A stretch of DNA of 64,000 bases from a virus (Duplodnaviria > Caudoviricetes), in the IMG/VR virus record IMGVR_UViG_3300027679_000366, positions 1 to 64,000 of that record; one strand, given 5' to 3'. The translations under genes were made by a program, and so were the position numbers. Shown one piece after another: positions 8,115 to 18,087 of this stretch. How positions within the stretch are numbered: the stretch's first letter is position 1; every line of letters begins with the position of its first letter. The notes under the pieces are model-generated. The model saw nothing but the letters and a program-made list of their open reading frames with translations, was not told where the DNA came from and ran no database searches.

Positions 8115-10187
8115 ATGGCTGTAGTGCAAATCTCGAGAATCCAAGTAAGACGCGGCAGAGAGAATCAAGGTAGCGGATTACCGCAATTAGCTTCGGGTGA
8201 AATGGCGTGGAGTATCGATGCACAAAACTTGTGGATCGGTAATGGATCCGTGGCCGAAGGTTCTCCCTTTGTAGGCAACACCAAAATCTTAACACAAAAT
8301 GATTTAGGGTCCAACGGCAACATCTTAGACTTAATTTCATATCAGTATAAGAAAAACGATTATACGATTGTTACAGGTGTAGCAGGTGCCAACTATCCTT
8401 TCATTAGAGACATCCAAACCAAGTTTGATGAAGTAGAAACCAGTGTTAAAGACTTTGGAGCATTGGGCAATGGCATAACTGATGACACCGCCGCTATACA
8501 GTTAGCTATCAATCAAATATTTTTAAACAGTTTAAATTTATCCACAATATCTAGCAGGGTTGTATTAAAAATCCCAGCTGGCAAATATATTATATCCAGC
8601 ACGTTGTACATTCCAAGCTATGCAACCTTAATTGGTGCAGGCAAGGAAAAAACTATTATTCAATTTAATAATACTCAAAGCACGCCTGGGCCAGTTTTTC
8701 AATTTGTAAACGACACAGCCAAGCCAGGAATTCCACGTATTTTCAGTATGCCAACAGAAGCCAAGGCCAGCTACAATCCAGTTGGTAGTGCAGGTACAAC
8801 TATTAAACTAACAAGGTTTGATACGTTAACTGGCACCACTGGTATTGTACCAGGCATGGTTATCACTGGCACAGGATTTACCAGCCCGCACACTGTTATC
8901 AGTGTTGATGACTCGACAACAATCATTATTAGTAGTAATCCAGATTCTACTCCAAGCGGAGTATTGACATTTACTGCTGGAAGTGCGCCAGCACCAACTT
9001 ATCTAAATCAACCACGCAACATCACTATCAAAGAGTTATCTGCATTTAATAACACAGCAGATCAATATGGTCTGAGATTAGATGCTGTTCGTGACAGTGT
9101 GTTTGAAAACTTATATATTCAAGGTGCATGGGGTCAAACATTCAACGAAACCAGCGCAGGAATTTATTTGACAGCGTTTAGTCGCTTGGTAACTTGCCAA
9201 CGTAATATTTTTAACAATGTGGATATAACTGGGTTTGGCTATGCTGTGTATTCAAACAATGATATTCAATACAATGCATTTAGAACATTGTACGTGACCA
9301 ATTGTCGTAGCGGAGTTATTTTTGGACGTACCACTGACCTATCCAGTGTTGGCCAGCTGTACGGACCCAGTTATAATGAACTACTTAATGGGCATTATGA
9401 AAACATTAGGCAACATGCGGTGTATGTTTATAATGGCACTGGTAACACAACAAGAGAAACTCGTTTGCAGAACGTTGGTAACAACGGCGGCTCGAATCTA
9501 ACCAGTGCGGCATTCCCCCAAATTTATTTTGCTGTACAAGGCAATGCAAGTATAAACGATCAGAGCGATCGAGCAAAAGATTTATCAACCACTGTTCCTA
9601 GTGTTAGCACCACATATAATCCTTCGGGATCAAGCGGAACTACACTAGTTGTTGCTTCAACGGCTGGCATATCAGCGGGTATGGTTATAAGTGGAACAGG
9701 ATTCACAACTAGCCAAGCAGTGTCAAGTGTTGTTAATGCAACAACATTGTCCATAACTGCCAATCCAAACACAACCCCAAGCGGAACGCTGACATTCAGT
9801 GTTCCTTACTATCCTGAGATCAGCGGACTAGTTTCTTTCAATAGCTACGGGGTTAACCAAATTGCAATTAGTAACATTACTAGCCCTACATTTGCCTTTC
9901 GTTTGCCATTGCCAACCAACGGTGTTGGATACACAATTGATTATGTTTATCGCAGTACCAATAGAGCACAAAGCCGCCGCGGACAATTGACAGTCATGGC
10001 CGATGTGGCAAATAATCTAGTACAACTTAGCGATGAATATGATTATGTTCAATCTATCAACACGTCTGAAGATGTGTTGCTAGCGTTCAGCGCACAGATT
10101 TTGAACAAGAGTTTGAACATATCGTATGTTAACACAAGCTCTGGCGACAGTGGTGTATTGATCTATTCGTATTCCGCTGTACTTTAA
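8115..10187 (+). CDS. Tail fibre/tailspike with pectate-lyase-like beta-helix
   Basis: QISRIQVRRG...LASGE.AW N-terminal anchor; VKDFGALGNGITDDTAAIQ beta-helix start; internal duplicated module. Confidence 0.8.
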   Translation: MAVVQISRIQVRRGRENQGSGLPQLASGEMAWSIDAQNLWIGNGSVAEGSPFVGNTKILTQNDLGSNGNILDLISYQYKKNDYTIVTGVAGANYPFIRDIQTKFDEVETSVKDFGALGNGITDDTAAIQLAINQIFLNSLNLSTISSRVVLKIPAGKYIISSTLYIPSYATLIGAGKEKTIIQFNNTQSTPGPVFQFVNDTAKPGIPRIFSMPTEAKASYNPVGSAGTTIKLTRFDTLTGTTGIVPGMVITGTGFTSPHTVISVDDSTTIIISSNPDSTPSGVLTFTAGSAPAPTYLNQPRNITIKELSAFNNTADQYGLRLDAVRDSVFENLYIQGAWGQTFNETSAGIYLTAFSRLVTCQRNIFNNVDITGFGYAVYSNNDIQYNAFRTLYVTNCRSGVIFGRTTDLSSVGQLYGPSYNELLNGHYENIRQHAVYVYNGTGNTTRETRLQNVGNNGGSNLTSAAFPQIYFAVQGNASINDQSDRAKDLSTTVPSVSTTYNPSGSSGTTLVVASTAGISAGMVISGTGFTTSQAVSSVVNATTLSITANPNTTPSGTLTFSVPYYPEISGLVSFNSYGVNQIAISNITSPTFAFRLPLPTNGVGYTIDYVYRSTNRAQSRRGQLTVMADVANNLVQLSDEYDYVQSINTSEDVLLAFSAQILNKSLNISYVNTSSGDSGVLIYSYSAVL

Positions 10188-10370
10188 TCAAACTGATAGA
10201 CAAAAACTAAAACTACGTATATAATTCATTGTATGCGAGAGATATAGGATTGCCACCTGAATAAATCGTGCGTAACCTAGTGAAATAATTAGAAAAACAA
10301 AGAAATCGGCAAGTTATAACATGGTAACTAAATACTTCCTAATCAATATAACTTGTATAAAGCGGACACA

Positions 10371-12713
10371 ATGAACATTACAGTAATTAAAAGAAACGGA
10401 CAAAAAGAGCCGTTGACAATCGATAAATGGCAAGCGCAGGTAGCAAAAGTTTGCCAAGGCATTGCAGATGTTAGCCAATCGATGATTGAAATCAAGGCTC
10501 AATTACATTTTTATGATGGCATAACAACTAAAGAAATTGACGGTATCACACTGCGAGCTATAGTTGACTTGATCGATGTGGAACAAAATCCAGACGTTGG
10601 ACATGTCAACTATCAATACGTAGCAGGCAAGCAACGGCTGAGTATGTTACGCAAAGACGTGTACGGCAGTTATACAGTTCCACACTTGTATGAAATTGTT
10701 AAGAAGAATGTGGCTACTGGCTTGTACACTAACGAACTGCTGGAATGGTATACTGAAGAAGACTGGAACCGGATGGAAGACATGCTGGATCACGAAAAAG
10801 ATGAACAGTATGGCTATGCGGCTATTGAGCAGTTGATTGAAAAATATCTTGTTAAAAACCGTGCAACAAAACAAACATATGAGACACCGCAGATCAGATA
10901 TATGATAGCGGCTGCAACTGTGTTTCACAAAGAAGAACCCAACAGCGCAAGGATGCGTTACATAAAGGAATATTACAATGCGGCTTCAGACGGTTTATTT
11001 ACTCTCGCTACTCCTGTTCTTGCTGGCCTTGGCACTCCCACTAAGCAGTTCAGTAGTTGTGTACTCATTCGCAGTGATGATGATCTTGACTCCATTTTTG
11101 CTAGTGGCGAAATGATGGCCAAGTATGCCAGCAAACGTGCTGGCATCGGTTTAGAGATCGGACGACTACGTCCCTTGGGCAGTCCCATCCGTGGTGGTGA
11201 GATCATGCACACAGGTATGATACCTTTCCTGAAAAAATGGTTCGGTGATTTGCGTTCATGTAGTCAAGGGGGTATCCGCAATGCTAGTGCTACTGTATTC
11301 TATCCTATTTGGCATCATCAGTTTGATGACCTTATTGTGCTTAAGAACAACCAAGGCACAGAAGAAACCCGAGTCCGTCATATGGATTATGGGGTTGTGC
11401 TTAGTGCTTTCTTCTGGAGACGATTTAAAAACAAACAAGACATAACATTCTTTGATCCCAACGAAGTGCCGGACCTGTATGAAGCATTTTATCAAAATAC
11501 TGAACTGTTTGAAGAGCTGTATGTAAAATACGAAAAACGCAAAGACTTGCGTACCAAGACGATGAATGCCGAAGAAGTATTCAAAAGCGGAATACTAAAA
11601 GAACGCACTGATACTGGTCGCATCTATCTAGTGTTCATTGACAATGTAATGAAGCAGGGTCCGTTTGATCCTGAATACCATACCATCTACCAGAGTAACT
11701 TATGCTGTGAAATACTTTTACCGACAAAATCATTTAAAAGACTTGACGATGCAGAAGGACGTATCGCGCTCTGCACACTTGGCAGTATCAACTGGGGAGC
11801 TTTCAGGAATCCCGAAGATATGCGCCGTGCTTGCCGTATTCTACACCGTAGCCTCAATAATATACTTGATTATCAAGACTTCCTAAGTATCCAAAGTAAA
11901 CTAAGTAATGACGAGATTCGTCCGTTGGGTATTGGCATTACTAATTTAGCATACTGGCATGCCAAGCGTGGACTCAAGTATGGGGAGAAGGATGCACTAC
12001 AAGATGTAAAAAGTTGGATGGAACATCAGGCCTTTTACTTGACAGAAGCCAGCGTTGAGCTGGCAAAAGAACGTGGTGCGTGTGAAGGTAGCAGTCAAAC
12101 ACGCTATGGAAAAGGCGTATTTCCGTGGGAACTCCGTGCCAACGGATCTAATGAACTGGCAAACTTTGCTCCTGAACTTGATTGGGAAACACTGCGCGGT
12201 CAGATGAAAGAACACGGTGTACGTAATGCTACACAGATGGCAGTTGCACCAGTTGAAAGTTCAAGTGTGGTTATTAACAGCACTAATGGCATTGAAATGC
12301 CTATGAGTTTGATCAGTGTTAAAGAATCGAAAGCTGGATCGTTTGTACAGGTTGTTCCAGAATATCACAAACTAAAGAACAAGTATCAATTGATGTGGGA
12401 CCAGAAAGACTGCACTGGCTATCTAAAAACAGCAAGTGTGATTGCGGCTTATGTGGATCAAAGTATCAGCACAAACACATTTTATAATCCTGCACACTTT
12501 CCAGGACGTAAAGTTCCAACCACATTGATTGCCAAGAACTTGATGCAAGCTCAGTTATGGGGATTGAAAACCTTTTACTACAGCTTGATTAACAAAGCAG
12601 GCAGTAAGGCAGTGGAAGAACCTACTCCGGAACAAACACAAATTAATGGTGTACAAGTAAACGGCTATCATATTGAAGAGTTAGAAGACGACTGTGAGAG
12701 TTGCAAGCTATGA
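10371..12713 (+). CDS. nrdA: Class Ia ribonucleotide reductase alpha subunit with ATP cone
   Basis: VIKRNG ATP cone, KQFSSC, QSNLCCEI, LKTFYY, terminal CESCKL. Confidence 0.97.
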   Translation: MNITVIKRNGQKEPLTIDKWQAQVAKVCQGIADVSQSMIEIKAQLHFYDGITTKEIDGITLRAIVDLIDVEQNPDVGHVNYQYVAGKQRLSMLRKDVYGSYTVPHLYEIVKKNVATGLYTNELLEWYTEEDWNRMEDMLDHEKDEQYGYAAIEQLIEKYLVKNRATKQTYETPQIRYMIAAATVFHKEEPNSARMRYIKEYYNAASDGLFTLATPVLAGLGTPTKQFSSCVLIRSDDDLDSIFASGEMMAKYASKRAGIGLEIGRLRPLGSPIRGGEIMHTGMIPFLKKWFGDLRSCSQGGIRNASATVFYPIWHHQFDDLIVLKNNQGTEETRVRHMDYGVVLSAFFWRRFKNKQDITFFDPNEVPDLYEAFYQNTELFEELYVKYEKRKDLRTKTMNAEEVFKSGILKERTDTGRIYLVFIDNVMKQGPFDPEYHTIYQSNLCCEILLPTKSFKRLDDAEGRIALCTLGSINWGAFRNPEDMRRACRILHRSLNNILDYQDFLSIQSKLSNDEIRPLGIGITNLAYWHAKRGLKYGEKDALQDVKSWMEHQAFYLTEASVELAKERGACEGSSQTRYGKGVFPWELRANGSNELANFAPELDWETLRGQMKEHGVRNATQMAVAPVESSSVVINSTNGIEMPMSLISVKESKAGSFVQVVPEYHKLKNKYQLMWDQKDCTGYLKTASVIAAYVDQSISTNTFYNPAHFPGRKVPTTLIAKNLMQAQLWGLKTFYYSLINKAGSKAVEEPTPEQTQINGVQVNGYHIEELEDDCESCKL

Positions 12714-13261
12714 GTTATAGTTTTATTAGACAATTCATTATGGAAGGCAAGCCGGCTTCTTTAAAAATATTGCCGTTGCCTTACGGTGTAAACGATCTGG
12801 CGCCGGCTATCTCCAAAGCCACAATAGATTATCATTACGAGCATCTAGCCAAAGGATATGCCAAGCGTTTCAATGCAGGCGAAGGCGATCCAGATTTTAA
12901 CGAAGCTGGTGCGTTCTTACACAACGTCCTATGGCAACAATATCAAGAGCCAAAAGACACTAATGAACCAACTGGCGCAGTGGCAGAACTTATTGTTAAA
13001 CATTATAAAACTTTTGCCAAGTTCAAAGATGAATTTGAAAAAGTAGCAATGGCAGTGCAAGGCAGTGGCTGGGTTTACCTGGCCAAGGACGGCAAGATCA
13101 AAACCATTGTGAATCATGAGATCAAGAAAGACATTGTGGTATTAGTTGACTGGTGGGAACATGCATGGGCACTGGACTATCAATCAGACAAGAAAGGTTA
13201 TTTGAAGAATCAATGGAAAATTATGAATTGGGACAAGATAAATGCTAGAAACATGTTGTGA
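12710..13261 (+). CDS. sod: Fe/Mn superoxide dismutase (arm A only)
   Basis: LPLPY...L.P.IS, YH, LHN, QGSGW, DWWEHAW; all four metal ligands present. Confidence 0.9.
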   Translation: MSYSFIRQFIMEGKPASLKILPLPYGVNDLAPAISKATIDYHYEHLAKGYAKRFNAGEGDPDFNEAGAFLHNVLWQQYQEPKDTNEPTGAVAELIVKHYKTFAKFKDEFEKVAMAVQGSGWVYLAKDGKIKTIVNHEIKKDIVVLVDWWEHAWALDYQSDKKGYLKNQWKIMNWDKINARNML

Positions 13262-13898
13262 CATATTAGTAGACGCTTACAAGCGCAATTGGATTACCAG
13301 TAGAGATGGTAACATTTCTATACGGCATCATGACCGTGATCATTTTTATGTAACACCCAGCGGTGTACGCAAACAGACCATGCAACCGGAGATGTTCAAG
13401 AAGATCAAAATCTGGAGAACAATTAACAGTGGTGTTGGTAATGGTGCTTTTAACTATAATTGGGAAGTCATTGAACAAACAGACTTATCGGGTAACTTGG
13501 AACCTAGTGGTGAGATGCCTTTACACTTTGGCTTACAGAAAGAATTGGGCCAGCACAAAGACGATGTGCGTGTAGTTGTACACGTTCATCCCACTTACTG
13601 TATTGCGGCCATGCATGCCGGTATTGACTTGGGCACTGTTAGTGATGCGTTTCCAGAACTCAATCGCTACACAAAAGTAGCACACAATGTGGGAGATGTT
13701 GCTCCTATCAGTGAAGAATTAGGTAGTGAGTGCCATCGTAACCTAGGACTTGACTGTGAAGGCAACATCAAGTTTGACATAGTGGGAATCAAAGGACACG
13801 GAGTAGTGGCAATTGGAAACACTCCATGGCGTGCCTATGAGCATATAGAAAGATTAGAACACATTTGCAAGATAGTACTTGCTTCAGGAAAATATTAA
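13242..13898 (+). CDS. Class II aldolase/adducin family protein
   Basis: DGNIS, VTPSG, PSGE..LH, VHVHP, GHGVV. Confidence 0.9.
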   Translation: MLETCCDILVDAYKRNWITSRDGNISIRHHDRDHFYVTPSGVRKQTMQPEMFKKIKIWRTINSGVGNGAFNYNWEVIEQTDLSGNLEPSGEMPLHFGLQKELGQHKDDVRVVVHVHPTYCIAAMHAGIDLGTVSDAFPELNRYTKVAHNVGDVAPISEELGSECHRNLGLDCEGNIKFDIVGIKGHGVVAIGNTPWRAYEHIERLEHICKIVLASGKY

Positions 13899-13899
13899 A

Positions 13900-15000
13900 A
13901 TGAGTAATGCACAATATAATTTAAAAACAAAGACAGACTATCTTAACCGTAAGATGTTCCTGGACCCAGCAGGCCCAGTTACTATCCAACGCTTTGAAGA
14001 AGTCAAGTATAAAAAGATCGCAGACTTTGAAGCCACAGCACGTGGCTTCTTTTGGCAACCAGAAGAGATCAGTTTGACTAAAGATTCAAACGATTTCAAA
14101 GATGCCAGTGATGCTATCAAACATATTTTTACCAGCAACTTGTTACGTCAAACAGCACTGGACAGTTTGCAGGGTCGAGGCCCGAGCCAAATCTTTATGC
14201 CAGTAATATCGTTGCCTGAACTGGAAGCATTGGTGTATAACTGGACATTCTTTGAAACAAACATTCATTCAAAGAGCTACAGTCACATCATTCGTAACAT
14301 CTACAATGTGCCCAAGGATGTGTTCAACACCATCCACGACACACAAGAAATTATCGACATGGCATCCAGTGTGGGACAGTACTATGAAGACTTGCACCAG
14401 ATCAATTGTCGTAAACAGTTAGGCGAAAAAGTCAACGAGCGTACTCACATCCGAGCAATTTACATGGCTTTACATGCCAGCTATGCACTAGAAGCGTTCC
14501 GCTTTATGGTCAGCTTTGCCACCAGTTTGGCCATGGTAGAGAACAAGATCTTCATGGGCAACGGCAACATTATTCAATTGATCCTACAGGACGAGATCCT
14601 ACACAAAGGCTGGACTGCTTACCTGATCAACCAAGTGGTCAAAGAAGATACTAGGTTTGCCGAAATCAAAGGCGAATGCGAACAAGAAGTGTATAATCTA
14701 TATATGGATGTTATACGTGAAGAAAAACAATGGGCAGACTATTTGTTTAACAAAGGGCCAGTTATTGGACTCAACGCTAACATTCTCAAAGACTTTGTGG
14801 ATTACACAGCAGTGGGCGCACTGAAAGATATCGGTATCAAGTACAACAACCCAGCACCCAAGTCAACTCCTATTCCTTGGTTCAACAAACATGTTAACAC
14901 CAGCAATAAACAAACAGCACTGCAAGAAAGTGAAAGCACAAACTATGTGATTGGTGTAATGAGCGATGCTCTAGACTATGACGCATTACCAGCACTATAA
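13900..15000 (+). CDS. nrdB: Ribonucleotide reductase beta subunit
   Basis: FFWQPEEI, ETNIHSKSY, DEILH, ALQE.E..NY. Confidence 0.96.
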   Translation: MSNAQYNLKTKTDYLNRKMFLDPAGPVTIQRFEEVKYKKIADFEATARGFFWQPEEISLTKDSNDFKDASDAIKHIFTSNLLRQTALDSLQGRGPSQIFMPVISLPELEALVYNWTFFETNIHSKSYSHIIRNIYNVPKDVFNTIHDTQEIIDMASSVGQYYEDLHQINCRKQLGEKVNERTHIRAIYMALHASYALEAFRFMVSFATSLAMVENKIFMGNGNIIQLILQDEILHKGWTAYLINQVVKEDTRFAEIKGECEQEVYNLYMDVIREEKQWADYLFNKGPVIGLNANILKDFVDYTAVGALKDIGIKYNNPAPKSTPIPWFNKHVNTSNKQTALQESESTNYVIGVMSDALDYDALPAL

Positions 15001-15009
15001 GAGAAGAAC

Positions 15010-15252
15010 ATGATCACAGTATATTCAAAAAACAACTGCCCGTTCTGCGACAGAGCAAAGGCACTATTAGAAAGCAAAGAGATTCCATTTGAAGTTATCA
15101 AAATGGAAGAACACACTGGCGCACGTGAGTTTCTCATGGAACAAGGCCTGCGCTCAGTACCGCAGATTTTCAAGGACGGCGTTCTCCTTCCAGGCGGCTT
15201 TCAGGGCCTAGCTGGCAAAGACGAAGAATTTTTCAACACACTCAAAGGATAA
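15010..15252 (+). CDS. grx: Glutaredoxin
   Basis: CPFC and SVPQIF. Confidence 0.93.
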   Translation: MITVYSKNNCPFCDRAKALLESKEIPFEVIKMEEHTGAREFLMEQGLRSVPQIFKDGVLLPGGFQGLAGKDEEFFNTLKG

Positions 15253-15254
15253 AC

Positions 15255-15545
15255 ATGTTAATCAACAAAGGTATCACAATAGGCGAAGTAGTAACAATTA
15301 AAACAACTGCGGGCGAAGAGATTGTCGCTAAACTAGTTGAAGAAAACCCAATGGCCATCACAGTGAGCAAACCATTGGTACTGACCGCAGGACAAAAGGG
15401 TATTGCCCTTGTTCCCTTTTTGTTTACCACAGAGCCCGATGCAGATATACAAATTTCTCGTGGTACAATCATGGTGTTGGCACCTTGTGGTAAAGATGCG
15501 GCAAATACATATATTCAAAACACCACGGGCATAAAACTAGCATAA
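15255..15545 (+). CDS. Conserved T4-like phage small protein (possible Sm-like fold)
   Basis: GEVVTIK..GEEIVAK...TTGI pattern; homolog 45594-45884. Confidence 0.65.
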   Translation: MLINKGITIGEVVTIKTTAGEEIVAKLVEENPMAITVSKPLVLTAGQKGIALVPFLFTTEPDADIQISRGTIMVLAPCGKDAANTYIQNTTGIKLA

Positions 15546-15572
15546 ATACGGATATAATTTAGGAGTTACGCT

Positions 15573-16337
15573 ATGCCCGGTACAACAACGATAACAACTG
15601 CATTTCCAGCCGCAGGAACTATAACTATAGTCGATACTACTGCGGTAGCAGTTGACCTGTTAACCGCGGCTGTTACGGCCCAAACTACATTTTTAACAAC
15701 CACTTTAACACCAGCACCGGACGGCAAAGGAATACCTGGCTCAATAGCACAATCTTTAAATCTCAGTTATCAGACACTAATTAATGTATCTACTCACTTA
15801 GGTCAAATTAACAGTAACTTGGAAACACTAATAACAGCAGTAGGCAAAACAAATACCGAACTTGAAAAACTAAACAAAGCCGCTGGTATTGGTAATAGTC
15901 ATGCAAACAAAGCAAATGTAGTAGCCGAATTAACATTTATTGATCAAAATGATAAAAATAATTTTGATAAGAAAGTGGTTAATGCAACACTGGAAAAAGC
16001 CGGAGAGCCGCCTATTCAAAATAATCCTGTAGATCTCCAGGCTGACGTACAGAAAAAAGTTTCCGATATTACTAGCCTCAACGCCGCTATAGCCGCTACC
16101 GGTATAATCATCGAAGGAGCCCAAACTGCAATTGCAGAAGGTTTTAAGTTGGCACAAGAAATTGTGTTAGACACTGCGATTGGTAAAAAATTAGTCGAAT
16201 ATTACTACGAAGGTGAAATAGCTGTAGTACAGGTATTCAGCAAAGAAAGAGCTCAACGACTCATTGTTGAAAATAACGATCGCCTCAATAAGGCGAAAGG
16301 TGGCGGCACACCAACTCCACCAGTTGCACCTGGTTAA
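15573..16337 (+). CDS. Hypothetical late protein upstream of PAAR-like gene
   Basis: TAAATA promoter; similar to the two tandem paralogs at 44265-45571. Confidence 0.65.
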   Translation: MPGTTTITTAFPAAGTITIVDTTAVAVDLLTAAVTAQTTFLTTTLTPAPDGKGIPGSIAQSLNLSYQTLINVSTHLGQINSNLETLITAVGKTNTELEKLNKAAGIGNSHANKANVVAELTFIDQNDKNNFDKKVVNATLEKAGEPPIQNNPVDLQADVQKKVSDITSLNAAIAATGIIIEGAQTAIAEGFKLAQEIVLDTAIGKKLVEYYYEGEIAVVQVFSKERAQRLIVENNDRLNKAKGGGTPTPPVAPG

Positions 16338-16339
16338 TT

Positions 16340-16603
16340 ATGAAAACTGCAAGGATCAATTCTGATGTAGACAGCAAGGGCAATAGGTTAAATTCCAATG
16401 GCAAGATCCCCTCGGTGTTTATCAACAACCAGCCCATAGCTTTGCTTAATAGTTCAAACTCAAAAGGATCAAAGGTAATGTCTGGATCTCCCAATGTATA
16501 TGCACACAATATAAATGTTGCCAGAGTCAACGATGCATTTGCTGGCGGAACCAAAATTGCTACTGGAAGTGACAACGTTCTCACAAACTTGCCAAATCCT
16601 TAA
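16340..16603 (+). CDS. PAAR-like spike-tip protein
   Basis: SVFINNQPIA, SGSPNV...VARVND, ATGSDNV repeats. Confidence 0.75.
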   Translation: MKTARINSDVDSKGNRLNSNGKIPSVFINNQPIALLNSSNSKGSKVMSGSPNVYAHNINVARVNDAFAGGTKIATGSDNVLTNLPNP

Positions 16604-16612
16604 TCAATAAGG

Positions 16613-16641
16613 TTGACCTTTATTTTCTACCCCTGTACACT
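16613..16641 (+). promoter_or_regulatory. Sigma70-like promoter
   Basis: TTGACC-17 nt-TACACT upstream of the Hc1-like gene. Confidence 0.55.
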
Positions 16642-16680
16642 AGGTATAAGTACTTGGTACTTGCCTTAAAGGAGAAATAT

Positions 16681-16875
16681 ATGGCTACAAATAAATTCGC
16701 AGAATTCACTGCAATCATCGAAGCAATGGAAAATGATTTTGAAAAGTTTTACGACAAAGAAGTAGGTGCGGCTGGAACCCGTGTTCGCAAACATTGTCAG
16801 GACCTGGCCAAGTTGTGTAAAGAAACACGCAACGATGTCACCACAGTTAAAAACGCACGAAAAGAACCAAAATAA
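16681..16875 (+). CDS. Histone H1-like Hc1 family protein
   Basis: EKFYDKEVGAAGTRVRK motif resembling Hc1 (K.NKAA..R.R). Confidence 0.7.
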   Translation: MATNKFAEFTAIIEAMENDFEKFYDKEVGAAGTRVRKHCQDLAKLCKETRNDVTTVKNARKEPK

Positions 16876-16890
16876 TCATATAAATACAAT

Positions 16891-17277
16891 ATGGCATACA
16901 GCGATAAGGTAATCGACCACTACGAAAATCCAAGGAACGTTGGATCATTCCCAAAAGATGATCCTGACATTGGCACGGGTATGGTCGGTGCGCCCGCTTG
17001 TGGCGATGTAATGAAACTACAGATAAAGGTAGATCATGATACAGGTATTATTACAGATGCAAAATTTAAAACGTATGGCTGTGGATCGGCTATCGCAAGT
17101 TCGAGCCTCGTTACAGAATGGCTGAAAGGCAAAACACTTGACGAAGCAGGAACAATCGAAAACTCCAAAATTGCCGAAGAACTAGCACTGCCTCCAGTCA
17201 AGATACATTGTTCAATACTAGCAGAAGATGCTATCAAAGCGGCTGTGCATGATTACCGTAACCGACACAGCGTATAA
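16891..17277 (+). CDS. iscU: Fe-S cluster scaffold IscU
   Basis: DHYENPRNVG, GAPACGD, YGCGSA, LPPVKIHC. Confidence 0.97.
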   Translation: MAYSDKVIDHYENPRNVGSFPKDDPDIGTGMVGAPACGDVMKLQIKVDHDTGIITDAKFKTYGCGSAIASSSLVTEWLKGKTLDEAGTIENSKIAEELALPPVKIHCSILAEDAIKAAVHDYRNRHSV

Positions 17278-17575
17278 AAAAATCAAACTGAATTTAGAAC
17301 GCCGGGGCAAAGGTGTTGGTATTCGTTTAGGTGTTCGTACTACTGGATGCAGTGGACTGGCATACACTATCGAATATGTGGACGAGTATACCGCAGAAGC
17401 AGGGGTAACCAATTATGCTCAAAAAGACTTTGTTGTGCTAGTAGATGCCAAAAGTCTAGCATATTTAAATGGCATCACAATGGATTGGGTCCGCAATGGA
17501 CTCAATGAAGGTTTTGACTTTCAAAATCCAAATGAACGCGACCGTTGCGGTTGCGGCGAGAGTTTCAGAGTTTAA
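17249..17575 (+). CDS. iscA: A-type Fe-S carrier IscA
   Basis: TGCSGLAY and CGCGESF. Confidence 0.96.
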   Translation: MITVTDTAYKKIKLNLERRGKGVGIRLGVRTTGCSGLAYTIEYVDEYTAEAGVTNYAQKDFVVLVDAKSLAYLNGITMDWVRNGLNEGFDFQNPNERDRCGCGESFRV

Positions 17576-17587
17576 CCCCAAAAATAC

Positions 17588-17616
17588 TTGACTTTAACCA
17601 AAGTTAGCTGTATAAT
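17588..17616 (+). promoter_or_regulatory. Sigma70-like promoter
   Basis: TTGACT-17 nt-TATAAT. Confidence 0.7.
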
Positions 17617-17654
17617 ACTAGCTAATGTTATAACTTTTGGAGATTATTTTGAGT

Positions 17655-18041
17655 ATGCATTTAGAAGGTCCGTGGCTCAGTACCACCGGCAAGAAAAAAG
17701 GTAAAAAGAAATTTGCTAGTTCAGAACATGCCCGCAAAGCACGTGAGCAGGAAGAAAGTTGGAAAGATCTACAAAAGCGTTGGGGCATTGAGGCAGAAGA
17801 AAAGAAACGCAACCGTGCCATGACCAGTGAAGTTTGGAAACCGGATAACAAACCATACACTAGATATGGTACCGATGTCAAGTATCCCAGTCGAGATACT
17901 GGTGCAGGCAATGCCACACTCAAGCCCCCGAAAGTTTACACAGGCACAATGGTAAAAGGCATTGCCACCATGCACAAAAGCAACGCAGTACCGGTTTTTA
18001 GTAATGAAGAAGCAATAGATATTAGTAAAATGCGTAGATAA
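17655..18041 (+). CDS. Conserved basic phage protein
   Basis: KGIATMHKSNAVPVF...ISKMRR; homolog 41758-42150. Confidence 0.85.
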   Translation: MHLEGPWLSTTGKKKGKKKFASSEHARKAREQEESWKDLQKRWGIEAEEKKRNRAMTSEVWKPDNKPYTRYGTDVKYPSRDTGAGNATLKPPKVYTGTMVKGIATMHKSNAVPVFSNEEAIDISKMRR

Positions 18042-18087
18042 CCATTAAACTTATGTTTTTATACCGGCTATCATGGCATAACTATAT

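Noticed and set aside
8115-10187. Diversity-generating retroelement target or intein
   Set aside because: No reverse transcriptase and no adenine-specific TR/VR pair was seen; the repeats are diverged protein modules.
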